Positions 1-35,428 of a DNA stretch of 64,000 nucleotides are shown here, one piece after another (position 1 is the stretch's first letter; each line of letters begins with the position of its first letter). The notes below the pieces were generated by a model, which was not told the origin of the DNA, searched no databases, and was given only the letters and a program-made list of their open reading frames with translations. Made by a program: the position numbers and the translations under genes. The DNA comes from Catajapyx aquilonaris (Eukaryota), in NCBI GenBank assembly GCA_000934665.2, contig KZ538019.1:62001-126000 (forward strand), given 5' to 3'.

Positions 1-855
1 TGGACGCCTTGAAAGGCAACTACATAAATTCAGGCAGTGCAGGTCAGGACATTCCAAATTATGGAGTGTCGTGCTCAGACCTGCCTGAACGCAAATTTCG
101 AGCTCATGTTGTGATGCCATTTCCTACCTCACATAATGACGTTAGTTCAGTTCAAATTTCATTGCGATTAATGCGATATAATCATTTGTGTTAAAGCTAT
201 TAAAGAAATGCCTGGTAAGGTAGCGAGTGGGACCGCCTACGCCTGTACTTTAGAGGCTGGGAATGATTTTATCTGATAATACTTGACGTAATGGAAAGCA
301 TATCTGAGACCTCCCTGGTCATGGGGAGAATGTTTTGGCTCAGAAAGATGCAAAATTACCTGAAATGTAGACATGTTCGCATCTCTCTCTGGTTTTTGCT
401 TCTGCATTCATAAATGGAGTTTCCACTTGCAAAACATACATAAACACAAAGTATAGACAATTAGTATATACATATTTACCTTTCATGGAATTTGCCCAAC
501 AAACATTCTTGTTGTCACACCAATCCCACAGCAGCTAGGTGAGTAAAGATTGACATTGACAAAATATGACACACGTTCTTCGCCCTCCCAATCACGTTTG
601 TGATAACTGGTCTGGCATTTGACCAATTGGTATTAGTTTCTTAAATTTCCTGCCACATTCTCCTCTCGGAATGTCCAATAAGCCCAATATGTTGTTAGCA
701 GATTATAATTTTGATAGTCACTAAAAGTAACTGAAGTAATTAATGATATTTCTATTGAAACACACCATATCAGTGACAGTATTGAAAGAAGAAACTGTCT
801 TTCCCGATCCTCTGCCCACCCAAGTTCTATTCATTACCGCAACAAGTGGGTTTAA

Positions 856-1327
856 CCCTTAACTACGTAGGTGGAGCCTGAGAGGCTCCAAGCACTATTT
901 AAACGCATGTAACTTTTTCATTGAATTTTATTTTCCCCTGTCCTTCCGTGACTTTGTCAGAAAAACCTTCCTAAGCATGAAAAGGAAAGAAATATTTTTT
1001 AGTCCCTATTGTTTGGTTTAAAAAAATTCGTAACGAGGAACAGGTCCCTCCTGGAACTGCTCAGGCTCTATATCTCAGGTGAAGCCTGAGCGGCTCAAAC
1101 ACATGATGTAACCTTTTAATTAAGAATTTTTCCCTGTCGGAATATGCTGACTCAGCGTGTGATTCTTTATGTTTTCGGAAGCCTAATGATCTGAACTGCA
1201 CTTTCTGTATGTGAAAAGTCCAATATTAACAATTTAGTTGATAAGCAGAAATTTAAATATACCATTGGAGCCTCTCAGGCTCCACCTACGTAGTTAAAGG
1301 TGTTTCACCCACCTATGTAGTTAAGGG
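856..1327. mobile_element. Non-autonomous piggyBac-like MITE (~470 bp)
   Basis: TTAA on both flanks (852-855, 1328-1331) and CCCT...AGGG termini. The 36-bp left TIR cccttaactacgtaggtggagcctgagaggctccaa (856-891) matches an inverted copy at 1265-1300 (35/36). A second, shorter right terminus lies at 1309-1327. No transposase ORF. Confidence 0.8.
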
Positions 1328-2484
1328 TTAAAAACTTGCCATATTCACATGGGCCCATTAGCTGCTGTATCTAGTGTTTATAACACTGCAGTACTGGATT
1401 AAGCATTTCGCAAATGTTTTGGCAAGGGGTTCCACACTGCCCAAAAAATGTACATGGAGTTTTGGAGTTTGAGGAGTTTCCTGAGTTTTGACATGGGTGT
1501 GCAGGGAAGTGTGTAACCCCTCATGTTTTCCAGTTCAAAGTGCATCCCAAATTGTGCATGAGCAATTAATGGTGTAAGAATACTCATTGTAATACGGTGG
1601 ATCAAACTGATCAAAATTAGTCATTTTCATAAACTATGAAATTTCTTTTGCGTGTAAATGAACAACTCATTAAGTGAACGTGAACTGGAGCAGCAGGTTG
1701 CTCCTTCAGTAACTCTCATTTTCTTTTCATTTATTTTCAGACGATTGCCAGAACATCGCCGCCATCACAAAGGCCTTGGGGTTGAAAGGTTACGTCTTCC
1801 AAGAAACAGGAAGTGTCTAGAAGTGTGCGCATTTGTCGAAGAAGAAGAAGAAGAGGAGAGAGAAAAACAGTTTGCATGATCTTATCAGCCTGGCAAGTGT
1901 TTGTCATAATGGGCGATTAGTGATCTTTTAAAAAATACGGATGAACCAGGAGGGGCAAAGGGTGAAGGTTTATGTCTGAGTTATTATCACCCTTGCATCT
2001 CCGACTATAGGAAAATAGTCTGGTGCTCATGTATTTACTCAACTGCCGCGTTTATTTTTGTATCAGTCGCAATTGAACCAGCACAAGAAAAAATTGTAAA
2101 TAAATGATGTCGAAACCATGCTGTCGCTTTGCATTCAACCGCCCGTACCACATTACCACTGTGCAATGTAAGCGCCACAGGTCTCGCTACTAACTACACG
2201 TTGCACTTGGTTGCACCAAAACATTTCGTAACCTTTACTGGAACCGGCCGGTTATCATGCGACTGTTTTCTACGAATGTACTGTGCTATACCCGACCGCA
2301 TGTCTCGCATCACGTACAAGCACGTACTTGCCGGTTGCCACGGGGGGTAATGTCACGTACTCATTGTTATCTGTCAGTGCAACCAGGTCAACTGCAATGT
2401 CACCTGTTTGAAATTTCCCGCCCTGAGAGTGTGGACGCAAGGTGCCAACCCGTGTGTCCTATTATGCTGTTGGCCACATTGATT

Positions 2485-2572
2485 GCCACGTGACCTGCCC
2501 CTCCTCCCCCTCCTATTGTTGTGGCCGAGTGTCAGTGCGCATGCGCTGAATCCATCGGCCGCTAGAGGGCGA
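2485..2572 (+). promoter_or_regulatory. Candidate GC-rich proximal promoter of the PLK gene
   Basis: E-box CACGTG (2487-2492), NRF1/ewg-type TGCGCATGCGC (2536-2546) and CTCF-consensus CCGCTAGAGGGCG (2559-2571) cluster ~300 bp upstream of the ATG at 2853. Confidence 0.5.
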
Positions 2573-2852
2573 AGTGGGCGTTCGTCGGTGCCCCCCCCCC
2601 CCCCCCNCCCCCCCCCTCCGCCCCCTCAACCCCCCCTCTCCTCCCACGGAAGCAGCAGCCGACTCCTCACACATGCAGTCCAGACGTCGCCGGAGGAGGA
2701 TTACACACACGCCTGCTTCTCTCTCCTGTCTCTCTCTCTCTCTCTCTCTTCCCACACCCCCTCCTCCTCCTCCCCCCTTCTTCCTTCCTGAGTACAACAG
2801 ACGGTAACAAGTGCGCGTGACACCCCCACGGCCACGGGGCAGGGAGGACACG

Positions 2853-26679
<23,827 letters not shown>

Positions 26680-28597
26680 CCCTCGCCACTAGCTAAGCGC
26701 CTCAGAGAGGTACTTTGGCAGGTGTGGACTCCTATGTGATCCTCTAACCCTGGATGTTTCTTCCCTTCCCCAATTTGTAAAAGGACCGTGTGATATCTCC
26801 CCCAGTGTGGGACATTTTGCTCCCAGTAGTGATGTGACTTGTGCTCTGTCCGAGGGGATATTTTGCCCAGTAATTGGTGGGTCAATTTGCTCCCACTTCT
26901 GGCGGACACTATTTTCCTGCCCCGTCCCTTGTAGTTTCGGAACACATTTTTCCGAAGGTGTTGAAAGGACATTTTTTTGCCTCATACCTGGTAGTAATCC
27001 CCCAGTAGTGACTCCCCGGATAAAAAAAATATCAACTCACTTTTTTTTTTTGGTCTTGTTTTTATGTCTGAGACATTGTCACTACATAATATGCCAATTA
27101 CTGCCACTATTATTATTACAATTAATTATTTGTTTGCTACTTTTTATTATAATTTTCATCATGTGCTTCAAAGATCTGCCAAGAAAATTAGAAAGTTTGA
27201 AAAGTGATTGAAAAAAATGAAGTTATGTTCTTGCTCAATAGCATTAGTAGGACAATTAACGTGGTATTACCATGGGAAATTATGTTATTTAAGTAAAGGA
27301 GATTATGGCTTAGATAAATTCGTGCCGTGCGGTATTGCAAATTTTTTATTATTTTGCACCGTGGAAGTGTCGTTATCATGAAAAACAAGCACGTCTCACC
27401 AATCCAGTCTTTCACACTTTATTTCTGTTATTTGGATTAAAGATAGGGATATGATTACGTACCGGTAGCGTAGATGATGACTCCAGTTATTCCCAAGTTT
27501 GGGATATTTTTCTGGCAATAATGTTCATGAAACAGATTATTATTATTATTACTTTTTTTTTCATTTATTGGGTTATTTCCCACATGCCAAAGGATTTCGG
27601 TTTTTGGCTTTCTGGAGTGCAATTTTTTTTCGTATTGACTTATTTTTGTTGTTGTTGTTGTTTACACCAGTTACAGTAAAAGAAAATAATGGCAGAGTCC
27701 AAAGAGCAAGTGCATTTAATAAGAGCAAATCATGATGTTACCTGGAATTGCAGTGACTTTTTGGAGAGAAAAAAGAGTGGCTTACACATTTCATGGGTGT
27801 TTTTTTTTTGTCACCAGTGCCTTGTTTTTTCATGTGGAAAAAGTTCTTTTGTTAGCAATACAAGGCGTTGCATGGGGAAAAAATGCTGGATTTTTGTGAA
27901 GCTGCGGCAAAAGGAGACGTGAAGTGAAACTGCTGTATTAGTTGATGTATTACTGTAATTTGTTTTTTTGCTGCGTACGTCTGGAAAAAAGCAAGGATAT
28001 GCGACTCCCATTGTTATTACTTGATATGCATGGCCAGTTGCTCATCCGCAGAGGCTACATAAGAGCCTTGGGCTGTTATTTTTTTATACATAAGTTTGAC
28101 CCCTATGCAAATTTAACTGGATCCAACATGTCTTGATCTCACCATTTTTTGTTTTTATTATTATTAATTATTATTTTTGCACCCTTTCTTGGTGGTTGGG
28201 CTTGTTTCGTTTGTTGATGTGTTTGAAGTATGTTTTTTTTTTTGATCCGGTTAACCATTTCGTTTGGGTTTGTCACGTGTAATTTCGATCTGAGCTCGTA
28301 TAAAAACCCTATATGGATAGTGTTATTTTGCACACCCGTATTTTTTTTTTGCGTAATCGTGGTCTTCCTTGTTAGGCTAGACTGTGTTTTTTGCCCTTGC
28401 TATTGTTTTGTGTTCATGTTTTGTTACCTCTGACTTGCCAGTCTAAGTCACCAAAAAGATCGTCATTGTATATAACTGAAAGAGAGAAAAGGGGGAAGAA
28501 AAAATAAGTAATTTTTGTAGTGAAAAAACACCCATTTTTTCTTGACTTTTTTTTGCTTTGCATCCGAGCGTTGTAAATTTTTCATAGTACCCGATGC

Positions 28598-28603
28598 AAT
28601 AAA
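28598..28603 (+). terminator. Candidate polyadenylation signal for PLK (3' UTR ~1.9 kb)
   Basis: AATAAA at the end of a long U-rich stretch after the PLK stop, followed by a U/GU-rich element (ctgttgttattttt), ~145 bp before the SMG9 stop. Confidence 0.55.
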
Positions 28604-28745
28604 AAAACAGCCAACCACAAAACACGACCTGTTGTTATTTTTCTTTGGCAGGGTGGTTGACTTGCCTTTTGTCAAGTGATGGCGGGAGATCATGGAGCAG
28701 AACTTGGAAACAGTAAGAAAATTTTTTGCATTGTTTTTAATCCAC

Positions 28746-29936
28746 TTATGGCAATAGTCGGTTGTACTCGTGGAAAAAAGTACTCTTCTTGATCCCATCC
28801 CAGGTTTTGCTTGCGTAATGAAACCAATTCTTCTCGTTCAGCGGTGTGTAAGTCAATGGATTGAGCATGATTCCAAATAGGCTGTGGCGGAGGTTGTCCA
28901 ATATCGACTTCATTGTGTCGTGTCCTCTGAACTTGTCACTCTTTTCTTCGTCCTCTGGAACCAGCACTAGGTTAATCTCATCTCCGTTGAGCCCGCTTCT
29001 TAAAATGAGCCTAGATTTTGCAAAACAGTGTCCCAACATGTCTTTCAGCTCGGTGTACCTCGCCGGATTAAAATCGGGGGTAGCGCAACGGTTGTTGACA
29101 AAGACGACGTGGGGAAAGTACTCGATCACTTCCTCATCCTGGAATGACGCTGCAGTGGCTGGCTTCAGCATCTCAGAAGAGTGCAAGAAGCGAAAAAAGG
29201 TAGGGTCTGGGCCAGCGTCCTGGACAGCAATCACAATATGGCAAACAGACATGATAAAAGCTGCCACCTGCAGCGACTGGATTTCAATCCCCGACTCCGT
29301 TGGTGCCCACTCCAACAACGTCCCGTGCTTCTTGTCTTGCTGCTGCTGAATGGCCTGATCCAGTATAGACGGCGACAGCACCGGTTGGGTGTCCAACACT
29401 ATCATCCGGTGTGGCGTTACGAACGCGTCGATCCCGACAGTGCAATGCAACGCCTGCTCCTGGATAGCTTCCGACTGCACTTTAAACACAGGGCTGCCAG
29501 CTATGTTCGACATGATGGTGGACTTCCCCACACCTTGCATGCCTATACACCCAACCACAATAAAATCCGACTGGTCCATCAGGTATTCGCAAATCCCGTC
29601 CTGCAGCTGCATGGAGTCGTCCAGCAGCTTGACGCACGATTTCATCCGCACCCTCGCTGGCTTTGGGTCAGGCGGCGCAGGCTTCGGGGACAGCAGCTGG
29701 TAGGTCTGCTCCGGCTCCTTCCTCTGCACCACCGTTCCAGGCGATATGGCCCGCAGCTCCCCCTCCCTGCTCTTGAGAATGAACGTGGGCTGTATTGGCG
29801 CATCGCTGGTGGCGGAAGACCTGCCTGACGCAGACTCCCTCTCCTTGTGCTCTCTGTTGTTGTTGCGAGGCGGTGCTTTGGCCAATATGATGGGGCGTGG
29901 GCCCATGTTCTGGTTCACCGCTTTTCCCTGAAACAT
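28746..29936 (-). CDS. SMG9: Nonsense-mediated decay factor SMG9 (SMG1-8-9 complex P-loop subunit), ~396 aa
   Basis: 396-codon ORF with a low-complexity N-terminus (PIILAK, PTFILKSRE), then MKSCVKLLDD...EYLMDQSDFIVVGCIGMQGVGKSTIMS (Walker A), LDTQPVLSPSILD, SLQVAAFIMSVCHIV and C-terminal LNEKNWFHYASKTWDGIKKSTFFHEYNRLL, all SMG9 signatures. The start is uncertain: the ATG overlaps an acceptor-like tgtttcag|GGA. Confidence 0.93.
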   Translation of the reverse strand: MFQGKAVNQNMGPRPIILAKAPPRNNNREHKERESASGRSSATSDAPIQPTFILKSREGELRAISPGTVVQRKEPEQTYQLLSPKPAPPDPKPARVRMKSCVKLLDDSMQLQDGICEYLMDQSDFIVVGCIGMQGVGKSTIMSNIAGSPVFKVQSEAIQEQALHCTVGIDAFVTPHRMIVLDTQPVLSPSILDQAIQQQQDKKHGTLLEWAPTESGIEIQSLQVAAFIMSVCHIVIAVQDAGPDPTFFRFLHSSEMLKPATAASFQDEEVIEYFPHVVFVNNRCATPDFNPARYTELKDMLGHCFAKSRLILRSGLNGDEINLVLVPEDEEKSDKFRGHDTMKSILDNLRHSLFGIMLNPLTYTPLNEKNWFHYASKTWDGIKKSTFFHEYNRLLP

Positions 29937-30509
29937 TGGTACCGGTAAGTAGCCTGCATCTCATCGCTAAGTACATCCAACCCGAGGGGCTAGTCACTTT
30001 TTGATACCATACAGTGTGCAACTTGACGGACTTCAGTCTCGTACGAAAGACTTGGTAATAAGTGGCTAACCCCTCGATCCAGCCGGTCAGTACATCCAAC
30101 TGGTAAGTACAAAAGCGTGTAATTGGGGTGGTGCATGGTACAGTAATTAATGCAATTACCTTGTTGTACATGTTGAGTAAGTTCCCCCAGCAAACTTTTT
30201 GCCTTGCTTTTTGGTGCAGTGGGAGTTATTGTTTCCGCTGGGCGTGGACAGATGGCGGGAGAATCGCGACCCAAATTTTGCGAAAAATTAATGCCTGGCA
30301 GTGCCTGGCGAGTTGCGAAATTGGGATGTGAAAATGTGCTAAAACGTGTGGGTCCTAGAGTGACGACCAGTGCGCGTGTCGACGGGGTCGTCGGGGATAG
30401 TATCGCCCACTCGCCCGCCCGCCAGAGGGAGCCACTGCAGCAGGGCAGCAACTAGACGACGACGACGCCTGGGGCAGCAGCAGAGGACAAGGAAGAAGGA
30501 AGGCGTCTG
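29937..30509. promoter_or_regulatory. Bidirectional promoter between SMG9 and GRIPAP1
   Basis: Divergent starts ~570 bp apart. CpG-rich 30230-30480 with AGATGGCGG (YY1-like, ~30250) and CTCF-like CCGCCAGAGGGAGC (30419-30432). Confidence 0.7.
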
Positions 30510-33500
30510 ATGGCGTCGCACTTGTCCGAGGAAGAGTTCCAGAGGCTGCAGGTATCATCGCCACAGGATTTGGCACATGGACATTGCCTCATTGTAGAGC
30601 ACTGAATCACATGCCATTATTGTTCCAGGCCCAGCTGATTGACCTCAGGACTTCCAACTACAGCCATGAGGAGAGGGCCAGGAAGTACTGCAAAGGTACG
30701 CATGCACCGCTGCAGATTATTGTCTTACACGTACATAGAAAGTGGTACCACAGGACAATGCGGGTAACGTCAAAGTAAAGGTAGCCTCGTTTGTGGAACC
30801 TTTCTGTGTTAATCTCCATCTGAAGCAATAGACGTGCTGCTTCGTCCCATCGGCTTACAACTCATGGCTACGGGAGGAAATTATCAGCATTCCCTTGTAT
30901 ATTGGCATTTCAGTACAGCGATCAGGATTTAAAGTGTGGGTTGAAAGTAGGGGTGCTGGTAATGCTGCTACCTGTCTTATTGTAGGGTTCTCTGCTTAAT
31001 AAAATGTTGCTAATAAAATTGTTGGAAATGGCTTGTGACTGTTACATGGCATGAAAGGAGGAACTTGCAAGTAGATTAGTATAGTAAATCTGATTATCTG
31101 TTGTGTGGAAAGAATTGCAAGGATTTAATTGCAACCGCAGGATTATATGATGTCACTCGAAAAGATTTAAAGCACTCTGGGACTGCTTAGAACACTAACA
31201 CTCAAGGCTGATAGTAATCACTGACAGGTATCATTGTGGAAGACCTGTATTGTTCAAGGAATGAAGGAACTGACTTGTGGACCTTGTCTTATAATCAGAA
31301 ATCGAAGACCTTCGCATCCGCTTGGATGGCTCGGAACGAGAACGGGACAAGGCTCAGAGGATCCTGTCCCGCAGCAAGAAGGCTCGGGATGTAGAGCTCC
31401 TCCTGAATGACAACGAGTGCCTCCAGATGAAGCTGCAGAACCAAGAGGATGAGTTCCGCCTGCAGAACCAGACCCTGCTCAATGAGCTATCCAGTCTGGT
31501 GTCTGCCAACGAGAAGCTGGAAAGAGAGGTGGCAGGGCTCAGAAGAGACGGGAGAGGGGAGCAGGTCGGGGAGGAAGAGAGCAGGCGACTCCAGGCAAGG
31601 GTGACTGCACTGGAGAAATGCCTGGAGGAGGTCAGGGAAAAGGGGAGGGAGGAGGCTGCCAGTCTCCGGCTGGCTCTGGCCGAACTGGCAGAAGTCAACC
31701 AGGAGCTGCAGAGGAAGGTCAACTGCGGGAAAGGTGCTGTCGTTGGAAGTGGAGGGGAGGCCATTAGTGGAGATTTGGGGTGAGTTGGGCTCAAACATTC
31801 GTGCTGCTGTTACGTTTAATGCATGTTATTAACGTAGATGTTTCCATATTGTCTGCAACTTACCAGGTTTGCCTCCTAAAAATATTTCATGCATCTTTCA
31901 TGTTTTCTGTCTCACAAACCTTGACATCTGGCAGTAATTTTTAAATCCTGCATGTTTGTATTCCTGCAATGTGTAGATGTGGTTTGCTCATGCGAGCAAT
32001 ACAGTGTTGTACATGAATTAATTACCAGTTGAATCGTGGTTTTTACTGGAGCGGGTTCAAAAACATGGGTCCTCCCACACTTCCTCTGCTGATGTCATCG
32101 CAAGCTGCACAATAGTAGAGAAGATAATGACTATAAAATGATAGCCATGCATGTGCAAACAAGTGATATACTGTAATCAAGCAGTTAATTATTGAGAGCA
32201 TATGAAAAATGTGGAAAGCTTGACAAGCTATTTTAAAAAACCAATCTCAACTGTGGTGTCTTTGTAAGCTTTTCAGGAGAAAACCTATCCAAACGTTGTT
32301 GACAGTGCGTATCACACAGCACTCTTTACAAATGCCCCTATTGCCAACAGCCACCTGAAGATACTGATATGAGATGAAGAAGTCACTGTGCTGTTATTAT
32401 TACTTCCGCATATCAGGTTTTGGGTAATCATGGACTGACTTATCAGTCTCTGCTGATAAGCTAAATAAATTTCATGGCCAACTTGTCAAAATAGAGAAAT
32501 CAGCTGCAGTATTTTTGATACAATGATATATAGTCGATTAGTCGTCTGTGTAATGCGAGTCTATGATGTTGCAGTTAATATTGAAATTTTTCCCATTTAA
32601 ATGGTTTGTAATGAAAGTGTCCTATATCTACTGTATATTCTCCTGCTGCTGATGAGTTTTTTAAAACATATTTAAAGTAGGTTTTGGCAGCACTATTTCA
32701 TCAGACAGTAGTGTCACAATCCCTGGCAGGTGAGTTGGCCTTGTCCTGTTGTCTGCTTTTGTGTTTGTAAACATCTGCCTGGCAATAGCTGTTGCATATG
32801 TGCATAGTTGACCTTCTAAGTGTTGCAAATGCATGCTATTCATGCTTTTGCACCTGCAAATACAGTTCTTGCATTTCAATATTGGCATCATACAGTTCTG
32901 CAACAGTGTCAAATTTTAAATAGCTGTAATGAGTGATAAACTGATGATTTTTACCAGAAATGTTTACAAAACTGTGCACAGAGAAAATCCAAATGTTTGT
33001 GTCATCTGCCATTAAGTGTTTGTGGCTGATTTTTTTATTTTTTGCAACTGTATGATCAGTATGTTAAAAAATTATTCTACATTCTATACTTAGTACTTCC
33101 TGTCATCATTACCTGCCTATTGATTTCTGCATTTTGATACATTTGATATTGATTTTACAGTACACCCACTTGATATGGCTGTAGGGGCATATTGTATTGA
33201 TTTGATTTAAACATTCATCCTCTCTTCTTGTAACGGACACCATTGGGATTGGCTTCAAATACATGCAGTCACATCTGATGTCAAGCTCATTAAAGGATGT
33301 AATTAAATGTGACAATCTTTCTGCATTAGTAACAATGAATGGAACTAGGAAATTGAACCTAGTACAAAAAAAATGTAAATGTATTGTAAGCAGTGTACAA
33401 ATTAAACCTTACCCTTTTTTTTTCTTTCTGCAGGACACCGAGTGATGATGGTGATTTTGTCCAGGTTGGGGAGTCAGAAGTAAGCTATAGACGCCAAAGC

Positions 33501-35428
33501 ATGTCTACTCTGGAGGCTCTCCGTCAAGCAGAGGATCAACTGTCCTCATTGTCCAAGGAGGTGTCTCGCATGGAGGACCTTAAATTGGAGTTGTCTGCGG
33601 AGAGGGAAGAGAAGCGTGTGCTGAGCTGCCAGCTGGAGTCACTGAGCTCCCAGTCGGAGCTGCTAAAGGCCAAGCTGGAGAGGAAGCAGGAGAGTGTAAT
33701 GAGTCTGCAGGAGGAGAAGGAGAGAGCCTTTGAAGAGGTGCAGGAAGCAAGGAAGAGGGTCGAGGAGTTGGAAGCCGTTGTGGAGAGTGGAAGGGAGGCT
33801 GTCAGAGGAGGCGAGGAGGCCATCAGGAGAGAAGCAGAGGCTACAGCCAGGCTCAGGGAGAAGGAGGCAGAGTCACAGGCATTGCAAGGAAAGGTGCAGA
33901 CCCTCCTGAAGGACTTGGGGGACATTCAGGTGGGTCTTTTGGAAGATTTGCAGTTTGGTGGACTGTTACAGTGCCTGTGCAATGATCTGGTGTGATTTCT
34001 AGGCAACAGCAGACCAGCGCCGGTCAGTGCTGGAGAAAATGTCCGAAAGCTTGCAGCGCACCAACGAGGAGCATGCATCACGCTGCCGCCGCCTAGAGTC
34101 AGAACTGGCGAAGGCACAAGCCGAGCTGATGGACTTGCTTCGCCTTCCTGCAGAAGTGGCCCGCCTTGAGGCTGAACTTGCAAGATCCGAGTCCACCAAC
34201 CAAGAGTTAGTGGCCAGAATAGAGGACATCCGCTGTGAACTGGATGACAGGCAGAGGGAGCACGAGGAAGAGCTAGACCGCTGCCGCCTAGAGCTTCAGA
34301 ATGCTCAAGAAGACTTTTATGACCGTGAGCAAGACTTGAAGACAGAGATTGAGTTAGTGCAGGCGCAGAGAAGTGAATTTGAAGAGGCTGCCAGGGCTCT
34401 CAGGCAGGAAGTATGATGCTGACTAATTATTATTACGATGCAATTAATGATCAAGCATTCATAACACTGTTGGGCAATTGAATAACGGAATTTTTGTCTT
34501 CTCAGGTGAGGGATAGCTTGGAGGAACGCAGGCTGCATGAGCGGAAGGGAGCATCAATTCTGAAGGATCTGAAAAGGCAACTTCAGGCTGAGCGGAAAAG
34601 GGGAGAGAAGCTGCAGGAGACTTTGAAGGACGTGCTGAGCAAAGGGGTGGGAGTCGGGGTCGGGGTTGCTTCAGGGGTCGGGATGACTGCAGCTGACAAC
34701 GACGCATGCTCCATCTCCTCTTGGAGTCTCATGAGTGGAAATGCTGATCACAAGGATGGGAGCTTCTCAACTGGGTCTCCCTCAACTGTTAATGGGAATG
34801 TGAGTAGTTTCTCCAGGCACCGTATATGTAACATTTTGCGCTCTCCGTTGTGCATAATGGGATGTGATTGTCACATGTGAGATGCTAAGAATTCTTAAGT
34901 TAATTCAGTGTCCTTCCGCAGCACTCACCGTCCATGGAGGAGCTTGACCTGGAGCAGGAGAACTTCAACCTTCTCTCTCGCATAACATCGCTACAGCAGG
35001 ATAAGTGGGGCATGGAAGAAAGGATAAATCACCTGGAGCAGAGCAATGCTGCCATGGCAGAAGACATCATGCAGAAGAGTGCCCTTATCCAGTTCTACTG
35101 CATTGATGGGAGGGCAGGTCAGTCTCTTGTGCGCTGCACACTAGTAAAAGTTGTTGCTCTCCATATCGGAAGTGCAATAATTCACAACTTGAAAGTCCAA
35201 TTTTCGACAGGTGTCCCCCCAAGTCCCCACAGCGAGAGGCTGACTGTCCGTCGTCTAGTAGAGTTTGTGAAGAAGGCTGGAGATGAGAGCGTGAGGGAAG
35301 CCAACCAGAAACTGCAGAGGATGCTGGAGGACACGCTGACCAAGAATATGCACCTACAGAAGGAGTTGGAGAACCTCTCATCCGAGGTGGTCAGGTTAAG
35401 CAAGGTCAATGCAGGCCAGCCCTCGTAA
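30510..35428 (+). CDS. GRIPAP1: GRIP1-associated protein 1 (GRASP-1), coiled-coil endosomal trafficking protein, 733 aa
   Basis: Exons 30510-30551, 30629-30695, 31299-31779, 33434-33929, 34003-34410, 34506-34799, 34922-35117, 35211-35428; GT-AG, in phase, 2202 nt. The N-terminus MASHLSEEEFQRLQ|AQLIDLRTSNY...SRSKKARDVELLLNDNECLQMKLQNQEDEFRLQNQTL and C-terminus NQKLQRMLEDTLTKNMHLQKELENLSSEVVRLSK match GRIPAP1. Confidence 0.92.

Noticed and set aside
28861..29828. Long plus-strand ORFs (162, 215, 104 aa) over SMG9, and similar antisense ORFs over PLK exon 1, GRIPAP1 and the GPCR
   Set aside because: Antisense or alternate-frame shadows of GC3-rich coding exons; no recognisable domains.
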